DNA of 64,000 bases, taken from Bryobacterales bacterium. GTDB taxonomy: Bacteria; Acidobacteriota; Terriglobia; Bryobacterales; UBA6623. Shown here piece after piece: positions 1 through 9,822 of the stretch. Numbering within the stretch: position 1 is the stretch's first letter; each line of letters opens with the position of its first letter. A program made the translations under genes and the position numbers. The stretch spans positions 332,626-396,625 of the forward strand of contig CBDCTD010000002.1 in assembly GCA_965222095.1 (NCBI GenBank). The letters run 5' to 3'. Under the pieces are notes generated by a model, which had not been told where the DNA came from, ran no database searches, and saw nothing but the letters and a program-made list of their open reading frames with translations.

Positions 1-339
1 GAATCCCAGCTCGCGGTCTCGTTTCAACCGGACCGGCGTTTCGAGCTGTTTTCCAAACCACTCTTCGATTCCGTGTCCGTGACGTTCCAACGAGAAGGTG
101 GCTGCGTCCTCGCCGGCTCGCAGGGTGATTTCGCCGAAGACCAGGTCAAACTCAGAACGGATTCGGATCAGTGACTCGCCCACTCGCTTCGTATTGACAT
201 AACCCCCGTTCTCATCAACCAGGCAGAACTCCCGGTCGCCCGCAAGTCCGGAGCTTCCCTGGACCACGGCTTCGTCCAGATCGACGCCGTCAAGCGACTT
301 GATGGGGAAAATCCGTATGCGAGCCAAGTGGGGGTTCAC
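1..339 (-). CDS. MOSC N-terminal beta-barrel domain protein (partial, runs off window start)
   Basis: My translation from GTG at 339 (GGAGG upstream): MNPHLARIRIFPIKSLDGVDLDEAVVQGSSGLAGDREFCLVDENG..., matching the MOSC-N pattern (I-x-I-[FY]-P-[IV]-K-S ... G-L-x-G-D-R-x-F). Not in the ORF track because it is truncated. Confidence 0.75.
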   Translation of the reverse strand, partial: MNPHLARIRIFPIKSLDGVDLDEAVVQGSSGLAGDREFCLVDENGGYVNTKRVGESLIRIRSEFDLVFGEITLRAGEDAATFSLERHGHGIEEWFGKQLETPVRLKRDRELGF

Positions 340-374
340 GTTCGGCCTCCGAAGTGTCCCGGCACAACTCCAGG

Positions 375-562
375 CTAGCAGCCCGTGGTGCAGACCCTCC
401 GTCTCAAGAGGAGTGTCAGCCGCCCGCTCCTAACGGTCGCGGCTCCGGCAGACGGAAACCGATGGTTGCGGAGCCGCGCGAGTGAGCAAGCGGTAAGTTC
501 CAGAATCCTTTTGGTTTCCTAACGGAAGGGGTTTTTTCACAGACCCTAACGGTCGCGGCTCA
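375..562. repeat. REP/MITE composite: CTAGCAGCCCGTG end plus CCGCTCCTAACGGTCGCGGCTC-type palindromic units
   Basis: CTAGCAGCCCGTGG at 375 matches the ends of the 156-bp elements at 18442 and 46641. CCTAACGGTCGCGGCTC occurs at about 429 and 545, with an inverted GAGCCGCG...AGCGG unit at about 471-493. Confidence 0.55.
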
Positions 563-586
563 GAACGTTAGTCACGTAGTGGCGGG

Positions 587-838
587 TCAGTAGGGTGGTT
601 GAAGGCGCACAAATTCGAAGTTCAGGGGATCAAGCTCTCTGCCACGCAGCATGGAGACGCATTCCTGAACGCTGTCGCCGATAGCTTCGATCCGCTGCAG
701 CGGGAGAGTCTGCGGCGTGTAAATCTCTTGCGCAACGTATTTGCCGACCAGCGCTTCGCGTTCCGCCAACGTCAAGCGGTCCGGGGCACGGCCAACGAAT
801 TCTTCAGCGTCTAACTTCGATGCCGCAGGCATACGCAC
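587..838 (-). CDS. Small hypothetical protein (about 81-83 aa)
   Basis: Compact ORF with normal globular composition, co-oriented with its neighbours; start may be ATG 832. Confidence 0.6.
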   Translation of the reverse strand: MRMPAASKLDAEEFVGRAPDRLTLAEREALVGKYVAQEIYTPQTLPLQRIEAIGDSVQECVSMLRGRELDPLNFEFVRLQPPY

Positions 839-1314
839 ATTGGATCAGAAGTGCAGGGTTGAAGCAAGTGACCCGCCCCCACAAATAACCTTCGTTCAAC
901 GCTGGCCACCCGAAAGCTCGCGAGAAGGGTAAGTAGTTAGGCGACCCGATTACATCGTTTCGAGGAACAGGGGAGCCGGCTTATCCGGGACAGGAAGGTG
1001 TGCAAAAATGCTGGGACAGTCAGCCGCGGCTGAAGATGTCATCGATTCGGGAACGAGGACAGGCACCCCGGACGGTTCTACGTTGGGGGTCCGATAGGCA
1101 AAACGCGACCATCTTCGTGGTGCGGACGAGGTTCACTTGGTTGCCTGTCCCCACGACCTGCCTTCATGGACGTCGCTTGTGACAGCCCCCGATTTTTTCA
1201 CACCCTCCAGGCGACCTTTTCTCCGCTCCTGCCGACCGATGAAAAGACATGACACAGCCGCGGCTCGCGGTGACGCGTTGTACTTGTGGCGCAGCAGGTA
1301 GCTTGCCGGGACGC

Positions 1315-1334
1315 GGGCGCGCTCTCGCGCGCCC
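1315..1334 (-). terminator. GC-rich hairpin downstream of sodA
   Basis: Perfect 8-bp stem GGGCGCGC/GCGCGCCC with a GAGA loop on the minus strand, 16 nt after the sodA stop; no U-tract. Confidence 0.35.
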
Positions 1335-1350
1335 TTAAATCCCGAATCGA

Positions 1351-1962
1351 CTACCCCGTTGCCGCCGCGAAACGCTCGGCGACGGCATCCCAGTCGACCA
1401 CGTTGTGCCAGGCGTCGACGTAGTCCGGACGCCTGTTCTGGTAGTTCAAGTAGTAGGCGTGCTCCCAGACATCAATACCGAGAATCGGCGTGTTGCCGTG
1501 CGAGATCGGATTGTCTTGGTTGGCCGTCGACTCGACGACGAGGCCCCCATTTCCGTCGACCGAGAGCCAGGCCCAGCCGCTGCCGAAGCGCGTTAGAGCC
1601 GCTTTCTTGAGACTCCCCTTGAAGTCGTCGAGACTTCCGAACGTGCTGTCGATTGCGCTGGCCAAGTCGCCGCTCGGCGCGCCTCCGCCACCCTTCATAA
1701 TCCGCCAAAACATAGAATGGTTGAGGTGGCCACCGCCATTGTTTCGCACGGCGCCCCTGATCGCCTCGGGCACCGAATCCAGACCTCGGACAAGCTCTTC
1801 GACAGACTTGCCGGCAAGCTCTGAGTTGTCGCCGATGGCGGCATTGAGATTCTTTACATAGGTGGCGTGATGTTTGCCATGGTGGATCTCCATGGTCCTG
1901 GCGTCGATATGGGGTTCCAGCGCATCGACGGCATACGGCAGATCGGGAAGAGTGAAAGCCAT
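1351..1962 (-). CDS. sodA: Superoxide dismutase, Mn/Fe family (Mn-type signature)
   Basis: [27 protein letters not shown] and DVWEHAYY motifs. Confidence 0.95.
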   Translation of the reverse strand: MAFTLPDLPYAVDALEPHIDARTMEIHHGKHHATYVKNLNAAIGDNSELAGKSVEELVRGLDSVPEAIRGAVRNNGGGHLNHSMFWRIMKGGGGAPSGDLASAIDSTFGSLDDFKGSLKKAALTRFGSGWAWLSVDGNGGLVVESTANQDNPISHGNTPILGIDVWEHAYYLNYQNRRPDYVDAWHNVVDWDAVAERFAAATG

Positions 1963-2239
1963 AGTACTAAGCTCCTTCGTAGATTGTTGGTTGGGTGATT
2001 CGACTTCGCCCTCAACTGGCCTCGTCGGTTACCCTTTTCGGCTCTATCGACAGCTCGGTCATGCCGAGCCGAAGCGCATCTAAGTCGCGATAGAGCCTTC
2101 CCATCTTACACGATTGGGCAGCCCTTCTCTTATCAGAAACAAGGATTTTTGGCCGAAGCGCTGCCGGACTAGGCAGTCGCCACGAATCCAGCTGATGTCG
2201 CTTCGAAACCGGACCCAGCCGATATACTTGGAACTATCG

Positions 2240-4093
2240 ATGCGTACCAACGTGTGGCAGTATGCGGGCCTGATCGCCGCTGCCGCTGTACTCGGGTTGA
2301 TGCTGGGCTGGAGCCAAATCGGCGCCCAACTCGACGTCTGGGCCTACGACCTTTCTTTGCGGTTGTGGCCGCCCCCGGCCGAGAGGTCGGCAGCCCTGAT
2401 CCTGGCGATCGATGATGAGAGCCTAGAGGCTTACGGAGGCCTGTTGAAGCTCCGAGGTCCCCTCGCCGAAGCTCTCGAGATCATCTCCCAGCACGATCCT
2501 TCAGTCGTCGCGATCGACATCGTTCTCTCGGAACCAGGCAGTGAACGGGAAAACACAAGACTCGAGCAAGCCCTGCGTGGCGCACCGAACGTCGTACTGG
2601 CGACGCATTTGCGACTGAGCAGTGGTCCGGAAGCCGGATCTTGGGTGGAGCCGCTGGAGCGGTTTCGGCTTCCGGCGGCGGCCCTCGGCCACGTACATGC
2701 GGAACCGGACGACGACGGCGTCTGTCGCCGAGTTCTGCTGGCAAAGGTAGGAGGCATGTCGCGGCGTTGGGCGATGGGGCTCGAGGCGTATCGCGTGGCT
2801 CATGGCGCCGAGATCGTCAGGGAGGCGGACGAAGGCCTAGAAGTCGGTGGACTCTTCATTCCGGCTTCGCGGCGTGAAGCTCGGTCGCTGCCCATTCGTT
2901 TCGCCAACCCCCGCTCACCCATCGAGCGAATCTCATTAAAGCAAGTGCTCGAGGATCCTGCATCCGCTTCCATCGTGAACGGCCGAGCCGTTTTCATAGG
3001 TGTCGACATAGCCGGCGGGATCGACCGCTACTTGATGACCCCGTATTCGTTCGGCAAGGCCATGTCGGGAGTCGAAATCAATGCCAATGTTTACGAAACG
3101 TTGGAGCGGGGGCGCTTGCTCGACTCCGTAGCGGATTCCACCGTTTTGGCGGCAACTTTGAGTTTGGCGCTCGGGATAGGGGTTTGCTTCTGGAAGCTGC
3201 GCGGGATCCCGGCTTTATTGGTTGCCGTCGGGCTGCTGGCGGTTGCCCATCTGGCTCCCGTTCTCTCTCTAGGTGGCGACTACGTACTGAATGCGGCGCC
3301 GCTTTTCGCGGCTGGGTGGCTCACGTTTCTATCCGGCGGTTCCTATCAATATTCGGTGCTGCGCGGGAAGCTTACCTTCGCGGAAAGGCAGCGGGAACGG
3401 TATCAGCGAGCCGTTCACTATGTGACCCACGAAATGAGGACTCCGTTGACGGCGATTCAGGGATCGAGTGAGCTGATTAGTCGCTATCCATTGAGCGAGG
3501 AGAAGCGCAAACGGATCGCCGGGCTGATTCATCAAGAGTCGAAGCGCTTGGCGAGAATGATCGAAATGTTTCTGTCCGTCGAAAGGCTCCGGGCGGGCCA
3601 ATTGGAGCTACAACGCCAGGCGGTCGGGGCCGACGACATCCTCGCGCGTTGTATCGAGCGCGTCCTTCCGCTGGCGGGTCGGAAGCAGATACGAATTGAG
3701 CACGTCGAGGGCACAGGCGACTCCATCTGGGGGGACCCCGAATTCCTTGAATATGCCTGCTATAATCTATTGTCGAACGCCGTAAAGTACTCGCCCGCAA
3801 GCACTTCGATTGCCGTCCGCGCCTGGCATCACCATGAAAATGTACGCATTTCGGTGGAAGACCGCGGCTATGGCATGGACGAAAACGAGATAAAGCAGAT
3901 CTTCCAAAAGTTCTACCGCACCAGCCGAGCCCAGCGATCCAGCCAAGACGGCACGGGCTTGGGGCTGGCCATCGTGGAAGAAATCGTCGTCCAGCACGGT
4001 GGGTCCATCGAAGTGGAAAGCCGAATCAATCGCGGCTCCCGCTTCACCCTCTCCTTGCCGCGCGCAGGCGGTCACGCCGCGCAGACGGCCTAG
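2240..4093 (+). CDS. CHASE2-domain sensor histidine kinase
   Basis: N-terminal TM, CHASE2-like region (AIDDESL, DDDGVCRR, GVEINAN), three TM helices, H-box THEMRTPLTAI, N-box NLLSNAVKYS, DRGYG and GTGLGL. ATG 2240 preferred over TTG 2114. Confidence 0.88.
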   Translation: MRTNVWQYAGLIAAAAVLGLMLGWSQIGAQLDVWAYDLSLRLWPPPAERSAALILAIDDESLEAYGGLLKLRGPLAEALEIISQHDPSVVAIDIVLSEPGSERENTRLEQALRGAPNVVLATHLRLSSGPEAGSWVEPLERFRLPAAALGHVHAEPDDDGVCRRVLLAKVGGMSRRWAMGLEAYRVAHGAEIVREADEGLEVGGLFIPASRREARSLPIRFANPRSPIERISLKQVLEDPASASIVNGRAVFIGVDIAGGIDRYLMTPYSFGKAMSGVEINANVYETLERGRLLDSVADSTVLAATLSLALGIGVCFWKLRGIPALLVAVGLLAVAHLAPVLSLGGDYVLNAAPLFAAGWLTFLSGGSYQYSVLRGKLTFAERQRERYQRAVHYVTHEMRTPLTAIQGSSELISRYPLSEEKRKRIAGLIHQESKRLARMIEMFLSVERLRAGQLELQRQAVGADDILARCIERVLPLAGRKQIRIEHVEGTGDSIWGDPEFLEYACYNLLSNAVKYSPASTSIAVRAWHHHENVRISVEDRGYGMDENEIKQIFQKFYRTSRAQRSSQDGTGLGLAIVEEIVVQHGGSIEVESRINRGSRFTLSLPRAGGHAAQTA

Positions 4094-4131
4094 GCCGGGT
4101 TGTTCGCGAAGCCGACAGGCGGGATCAACCC

Positions 4132-5460
4132 ATGAGCGAAAAGCCACGCATTCTGTTTGTCGAAGATGATCCTGCCGTGGTGACGACCTTTGTGGCGGGT
4201 CTGGAAGCAGAAGGATATCCCACCGAGGCCGTTACCTCCACATCCGAGGCGTTGACGAAGCTGGCCAACGAGGACTACCCGATTGTCGTCACCGACATCT
4301 ACCTGGATGAGCGGACAGGTCTTGCCGTGCTTCGCGCGGCCCGAGACTATAATCCCGGCTGCGCGGTCATTGTCATCACAGGACAGGGGACGATAGAGAC
4401 GGTGGTAGAGGCCACGCATGGCGGCGCGTTTGACTATCTGGCCAAACCATTCGACATAAGCGAACTACTGAAGGCCATCCACCAGGCCGAGAGTTTTCTG
4501 TCCGAGCGGGATGACGTCCCGGCCTCCTCAACCCAGGCGCCGCCCACCGAGATGGTTGGATCGTCCGCTCGGATGGTAGAAGTCTATAAGACAATCTCGC
4601 GAGCAGCGCCGACCGACGCCCCGGTGTTGGTCGAGGGTGAATCCGGTACCGGCAAGGAGCTTGTTGCTCGGCTGATCCACCAGAACAGCCTTCGCCGGCA
4701 GGGACCGTTTGTGCCCGTCGACTGCGGGTCGATCGCGCCAACCATCATGGAAAGCGAGCTGTTCGGCAGCTTGCGCGGCGCCTTTACCGGTGCGGACCGC
4801 GATCGCAAAGGGCTTATCGAATCAGCTCAGGGCGGAACGGTATTCTTGGACGAAATCGCCGAGGTAGACACGGGCTTTCAACTCAAGCTGTTGCGGTTCC
4901 TCCAGGAAAAGGAAATACGTCCGTTGGGGTCCGCGGCAAGCCGTGTGGTGGACGTTCGGGTTGTCGCGGCGACGAACCGCCATCTCCATGCTCTGGTCGA
5001 GGAGGGTAAGTTTCGACAGGATCTTTGGTTCCGACTCAACGTGGTCCACATACGTTTACCCCCGCTGCGTGAGCGAAGAAGCGATATAGGGCTGCTCGCA
5101 AATCACTTCTTACGGCTCTTTAACGACCGATACCACCGAAACGTCCGGCTGGCGGCCGGCGGCCTGAAGGCTTTGGAAGAGCATGCCTGGCCGGGTAACG
5201 TGCGGCAGTTGCAGCACGTTTTGGAGAGGCTTTTGATCCTGAGCCCGGTTGAAGTGTTGGAAGGCGACGCTGTCGCGACTGTTTTGAGCAGTCTTGAACC
5301 GCGCAGCAAGCCGGTTCAGTCACTGATGGATGCCGAAGAAGAGCAGATCCGCAAGGTCCTTGCTGCGACCGGAGGAAACAAAACCCGCGCCGCTCAGATC
5401 TTGAACATCGAGCGCAAGACGCTCTACCGCAAGCTAGAGCGGATGAAGCTGGATTCTTGA
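4132..5460 (+). CDS. Sigma-54-dependent response regulator (NtrC/AtoC/ZraR family)
   Basis: Receiver (EDD, TD), Walker A GESGTGKE, ESELFG..GAFTGA, LDEI, WPGNVRQL, and C-terminal Fis HTH NKTRAAQILNIERKTLYRKL. Confidence 0.93.
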   Translation: MSEKPRILFVEDDPAVVTTFVAGLEAEGYPTEAVTSTSEALTKLANEDYPIVVTDIYLDERTGLAVLRAARDYNPGCAVIVITGQGTIETVVEATHGGAFDYLAKPFDISELLKAIHQAESFLSERDDVPASSTQAPPTEMVGSSARMVEVYKTISRAAPTDAPVLVEGESGTGKELVARLIHQNSLRRQGPFVPVDCGSIAPTIMESELFGSLRGAFTGADRDRKGLIESAQGGTVFLDEIAEVDTGFQLKLLRFLQEKEIRPLGSAASRVVDVRVVAATNRHLHALVEEGKFRQDLWFRLNVVHIRLPPLRERRSDIGLLANHFLRLFNDRYHRNVRLAAGGLKALEEHAWPGNVRQLQHVLERLLILSPVEVLEGDAVATVLSSLEPRSKPVQSLMDAEEEQIRKVLAATGGNKTRAAQILNIERKTLYRKLERMKLDS

Positions 5461-5676
5461 AGTGGCGGTGGGGGTAGCGTCGTTTTAGCGATTGGCGGGT
5501 GTCGAGCCGCTTACTGTTCCACTTGGCCAATTGTTCACGTTTCTTTCCGAGTGCACCGTCAACCGCCACAAGACGGGACGAGAGCATTTTCCCAACACCA
5601 ATAGTCATATTTGTCATAGCAGCGAAGAAGATACGACCAGTCCCGTCAGCTATACTGTCGGCACCGAGGAGACCTC

Positions 5677-6042
5677 ATGAGATTGCTAGTGTCGTTTTTT
5701 CTGCTGTCCTGTTTGCCGCTTGTCGCTGCCGACGTTTCGGGCACTTGGGAAGGCAGTCTCCGGATGGTGCAGTCGAACGGTGAGGTCGCGGAGCAGTCCA
5801 TTTCTCTCATCCTGCAACAATTAGGAAACAGAATCACAGGTTCCGCCGGGAGCGGAGAGCGGCGGTCGCCGATTGCGAACGGAGAGATGGATGCCAACGG
5901 GATCGTCCGCTGTCAGGCGGGGAACCGCTTTCTGACATTGAAGGTGTCGAGCAATACCATGCACGGGGAGGTCCGGCATGCCGAGGAACCCCCTGGAACC
6001 GGTGCGCAGCTCCTCGTCAGGCGGGAGCCGGAGGCTCAGTAG
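5677..6042 (+). CDS. Secreted hypothetical protein
   Basis: Signal peptide MRLLVSFFLLSCLPLVAA followed by ADVSGTWEG, a small beta-rich fold. Confidence 0.75.
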   Translation: MRLLVSFFLLSCLPLVAADVSGTWEGSLRMVQSNGEVAEQSISLILQQLGNRITGSAGSGERRSPIANGEMDANGIVRCQAGNRFLTLKVSSNTMHGEVRHAEEPPGTGAQLLVRREPEAQ

Positions 6043-6213
6043 CAGCCTTATTTTCCCCTCCTACACGCCCACCGTCTGGAGTTTTTGAAACCGATCCCGC
6101 GAAACGGCCATTACTAGACTTTGCCAACCCCCGGATTCTCCGCGACTCGGAAACAAGGCCCGACCCGCAGGAGTAGGCTTTGCGGTGCGCCCACAGCACT
6201 AGGAAATCGCAAA

Positions 6214-6237
6214 GTAGGGGCGCGATTCATCGCGCCC
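6214..6237 (+). repeat. GTAG-type REP palindrome
   Basis: GTAG-GGGCGCGATTCATCGCGCCC; near-identical copies at 17113 and 27740. Confidence 0.7.
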
Positions 6238-6269
6238 GCTACTGCCAAGGATCTTGCCACCGGTGAACA

Positions 6270-7310
6270 CTACAGCAGCGCCGCCAGCCCGTCGATGTTC
6301 TCGAAACGACCTTCGATTCGCTCGATGTACTTTGAAGCTACGCCTTCGATCGAGTAGGCTCCGAAGTGTGCTAGCGGTTCGCCGGTAGCCACGTAGCCGC
6401 GAATTTCGTCTTCCCCAAGTTCGAGCAGTTGAACACCTGTTTCCTCGACGGTCGTGTGGCTGCCGGTTGGGCCGATCCTGCATTCCGCGGTCAAGACGTC
6501 GTGTTTGCGCCCGGCGAGCGTTCGGAGCATGAGCTCGGCTTCGCCCGAGTCCCGAGGCTTGCCGAGAAAGATGCCGTCCACCGAAATCACTTTGGCAGCT
6601 CCCAAGGCGATATTTTCGGGGCCGGCTCGCGCTGCTCTTGCGGCAACCTCCGCCATGCGTTTCACATATTCGCGAGGCGACTCGTGCCGCTGAATGTCGT
6701 CCAGCAAGTGGGGAGGTCGTCTCCGAAGCCGGGCACCTGCTGAAAGAAACTCCTTTGAGCGCGGCTTCGGGGCAGGTCGAAGCATGCTGTAGACCCGAGC
6801 TACCGGTAGGCCTACGACGTTGAAATAGCAGCCTTCGATGCGCTCGACAAAATCGCGAGCCCCGCCCTGTATCGCGTAGGCGCCGGCTTTGTCGAAAGGC
6901 TCGCCTCTGCTAACGTAGGTCTCAATTTCCTGCTGCTCCAGATCTCGAAACTGGACCTTCGTCTGCTCAACGGCCACCCGGCACTGGTCCGATTCGAGCA
7001 AACAGACGCCCGTCAGGACATTGTGCGCGCGGCCGGAGAGCAGCGTGAGCATGCGGCCGGCATCTTCGCGGTCCCGTGGCTTGCCGAGAGCAAGTCCGTC
7101 GACCGCCACCACCGTGTCAGCCCCAAGGACTAATTCGCCCTCACGCCAAACTGCCCGGGCCTTGGCTTCCGCCAAACGCCTCACATGGTCGAGGGGGACC
7201 TCTCCCTCGAGTCCGCTCTCATCCACATCCGCCGGCCTTACGGAGAATGGGATCTCGGCCCTATGCAGGATTTCCTGGCGCCGGGGTGACGCGGAGGCAA
7301 GAACGAGCAC
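6270..7310 (-). CDS. maf: Maf/YhdE nucleoside-triphosphate pyrophosphatase with a second, degenerate Maf domain
   Basis: Domain 1 has SASPRR, GADTVV, GKP and DKAGAYAIQG. Residues about 188-346 repeat the fold (GAAKVI, GKPRD, AHFGAYSIEG). Confidence 0.85.
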   Translation of the reverse strand: MLVLASASPRRQEILHRAEIPFSVRPADVDESGLEGEVPLDHVRRLAEAKARAVWREGELVLGADTVVAVDGLALGKPRDREDAGRMLTLLSGRAHNVLTGVCLLESDQCRVAVEQTKVQFRDLEQQEIETYVSRGEPFDKAGAYAIQGGARDFVERIEGCYFNVVGLPVARVYSMLRPAPKPRSKEFLSAGARLRRRPPHLLDDIQRHESPREYVKRMAEVAARAARAGPENIALGAAKVISVDGIFLGKPRDSGEAELMLRTLAGRKHDVLTAECRIGPTGSHTTVEETGVQLLELGEDEIRGYVATGEPLAHFGAYSIEGVASKYIERIEGRFENIDGLAALL

Positions 7311-7359
7311 TCCCTATATAGTGTGCTCCAAGACAGGTGAGCAAATACGGGGCGGTTGC

Positions 7360-7620
7360 CTAGTTGAAGAAGAGCGTCTTCGGATTTACCGTGCCCCAGC
7401 GCATGTCCACATCGTTGGCATGGATTTCGTAGTCGGAACGCGCTCGCTGCACGACCTCCGAGATCGTCCCGGGGCCGAGCTGTCTGCCCGTCAAGAGCAT
7501 CCCTACGGCGGCAACGAGCACCACAATCAACGGGGTGTCGTGCCACTTCAGGATCAATCCCACGCCGCCGGCCAGCACCATCAGACCCAACGCCACCTGT
7601 CTCCAGCGCTCGACTGTCAC
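7360..7620 (-). CDS. Small two-TM membrane protein
   Basis: Two hydrophobic helices followed by a polar tail; directly upstream of maf on the same strand. Confidence 0.65.
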   Translation of the reverse strand: MTVERWRQVALGLMVLAGGVGLILKWHDTPLIVVLVAAVGMLLTGRQLGPGTISEVVQRARSDYEIHANDVDMRWGTVNPKTLFFN

Positions 7621-7917
7621 GATCCTCCCATCCTAACTCTTGCCCTCCGTTGAGGGTCATAGATCGCTTGTCCTAGTTCCTCCAGCCATTTTCCGTGGTT
7701 CCGAGAGCTTTGGGCCGGAATCGCGGTCGCTTATTCTAACTCTGACCTCCGATCCGTCCCTACTCCCTTCACCGGCCACGGCGGACGCCTTCTGGCCGTT
7801 GCTGGGGCGGACATCGATTGCCCGGCAAGCTCGCCACGGTCCCTTTTTCTTGACTTTCCAACCAACTCTGTGCAATGGTTTCCTATTCGTTTGGGGGCAG
7901 CCCCGGACGCCGGCTCC

Positions 7918-8706
7918 ATGACGGATGGCAGGACCCTGCAGTTGAATCTGGAAAGCACCCTGGATAGCGTTGAAGCCACCGAGCTGATCGTCCAGCAGCT
8001 GGCGCGGCGCAGGGGGTTTGGCGAGCAAGATGTGGAGCAGTTTATGATCGCGACCCGAGAGACGATGGCCAACGCGATCAGCCACGGGAACGGATACAGT
8101 CGCGAGAAATCCGTCTACTTTGGGGTAGTCGCCGACTCCAAGCAATTCAAGGTCACCGTCCGTGATCAGGGACTTGGTTTCGACCCCGAAGATGTTCCCG
8201 ACCCTACCGCGGAGGACAATCTCTTGCGGACGTCCGGTCGTGGGCTTCTACTGATGCGTTCGTTCGTCGATGAACTCTCCATCCGTCGCAGAGATCCCGC
8301 CGGCACTGAAGTTGTCTTAGTCAAGTATTCGCCTGAATCTACAAGCCACAAGGAGGAGGACGTGAGCTTAGCTACCAATATTCGTGAGGTCGATGGTGTA
8401 TCAATCGTAGATCTGAGCGGTCGTATTACGCTGGGAGAAGGCTCTGGGCAGCTCCGCGACACCGTGCGCGAGCTGCTGGGAAAAGGTCAAAAAAAGATCG
8501 TGTTGAACCTGGGAGATGTCAGCTACATCGACAGCTCCGGGTTAGGCGAGTTGGTTTCCAGCTACACCACCGCCGCCAATCAGGGCGCGAAGGTGAAACT
8601 GCTGAACGTGCAGAAAAAGGTCAACGATCTGCTGCAAATCACCAAGCTCTACACCGTGTTTGACGATTTCGGCGACGAAGCGTCAGCCGTTATGAACTTT
8701 TCCTAG
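7918..8706 (+). CDS. RsbW-like anti-sigma kinase fused in frame to an RsbV-like STAS anti-sigma antagonist
   Basis: HATPase motifs ETMANAISHGN, DQGLGF and GRGLLLM, then a STAS domain with YIDSSGLG; no stop between them; internal AAGGAGGAGG plus GTG at 8362. Confidence 0.85.
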   Translation: MTDGRTLQLNLESTLDSVEATELIVQQLARRRGFGEQDVEQFMIATRETMANAISHGNGYSREKSVYFGVVADSKQFKVTVRDQGLGFDPEDVPDPTAEDNLLRTSGRGLLLMRSFVDELSIRRRDPAGTEVVLVKYSPESTSHKEEDVSLATNIREVDGVSIVDLSGRITLGEGSGQLRDTVRELLGKGQKKIVLNLGDVSYIDSSGLGELVSSYTTAANQGAKVKLLNVQKKVNDLLQITKLYTVFDDFGDEASAVMNFS

Positions 8707-8774
8707 CTTGTCATCTGAGCGGACCTTCTTTTCTGGTCCATCGGCTTGCTGTCGTCCCGGGGGTAATTCCCGTC

Positions 8775-9371
8775 TCAGAACAGCAAGGAGAAGCCCGCCG
8801 AGTACTCGACATTGTGTAGGTTGCCGGAGCTGTTCGGAAGACCGAACGGCTTTCCGGTGATATGGTCCCTTACGTCAAACCGAATCCCGTACCGTTCGCT
8901 GAGCTTGAACTTCAAACCTCCCCCGATGTTCACTCCGGGTTTGGTCGTTCCAGCTCCTGAGAACGACGATACGCCGGGCGGAAAGAAGGTCGAAAATCCC
9001 GCTCCGGCTGTTACGAACGGTCGCACGGCAGTGCCCTGCGGTGTGGCATGCACAACAAAGTTGTAATAGAAATTCTGGATTGTCATGCCACCCGAGTCCG
9101 CACCTCCAATTTTCAACCCGCTGCGTTGATAGGCGTAGCTCAGCTCGTGGCCCAGGAATTCCCAGCTGTTTATGGCCAGGCGAGATCCGATACGTACCCC
9201 ATTGTTCAGCGACAGCTCGTTGAGAGCGGCGCCGGACTGGCCGCCCAGCCCGCCAATGTTCGAGTCCGTAAATGCCGACCACCCCACAGTCACACCAGTC
9301 TCCGCGGTTTGACCCCAAACGGAAGTGGTAGCTAGCATCCCGAGGGCGATGGACAGAATTAGGTGCCGCAC
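8775..9371 (-). CDS. Outer-membrane beta-barrel protein (OmpA-TM/OmpW-like)
   Basis: Signal peptide, alternating amphipathic strands (PFVTAGAG, GGGLKF, GIRFDVRD), terminal Phe. GTG 9371 has GGAGG upstream; ATG 9407 is the alternative. Confidence 0.8.
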   Translation of the reverse strand: MRHLILSIALGMLATTSVWGQTAETGVTVGWSAFTDSNIGGLGGQSGAALNELSLNNGVRIGSRLAINSWEFLGHELSYAYQRSGLKIGGADSGGMTIQNFYYNFVVHATPQGTAVRPFVTAGAGFSTFFPPGVSSFSGAGTTKPGVNIGGGLKFKLSERYGIRFDVRDHITGKPFGLPNSSGNLHNVEYSAGFSLLF

Positions 9372-9822
9372 GGAACCCCTCCTACAACTTTGAAAGATTG
9401 TTTTCATGGCAAGTGGAGAATCAAGACCGGTATGCCCCAGGCGCCTGGGAGTCCTACCGGCTCCCTCGATTCGATCGACGGCTGCGCGCTTGCGCCGGTT
9501 ACCCTTCCAGTGTGTTCCGGAGCGGTGTGGGGAGCCCGAGGGTGAATCGGGTGTATTGAAAAGTCCTGGAGCAGCCTATTCCTAAAAGTGCGGAACAAGA
9601 CATTGGCCCACCGCTTCCAATATTTGTGAAGCGAGAGTCAGCATCGGTGGCCTGCTAGACTCGACACCAAGTGGATTGGGCTTTTGCCGCGTCTGCGCTT
9701 TTCCCATAGAGACTCGTGCGAAGACAGCGCGGTCCGAGATCCGGTCGAAAAAGGCCCTTCTGAGACCCGCATATGTCCTTGTGGCATAATCGCTGAAGGG
9801 GCTCACATTCTGGGGAGGCGGT

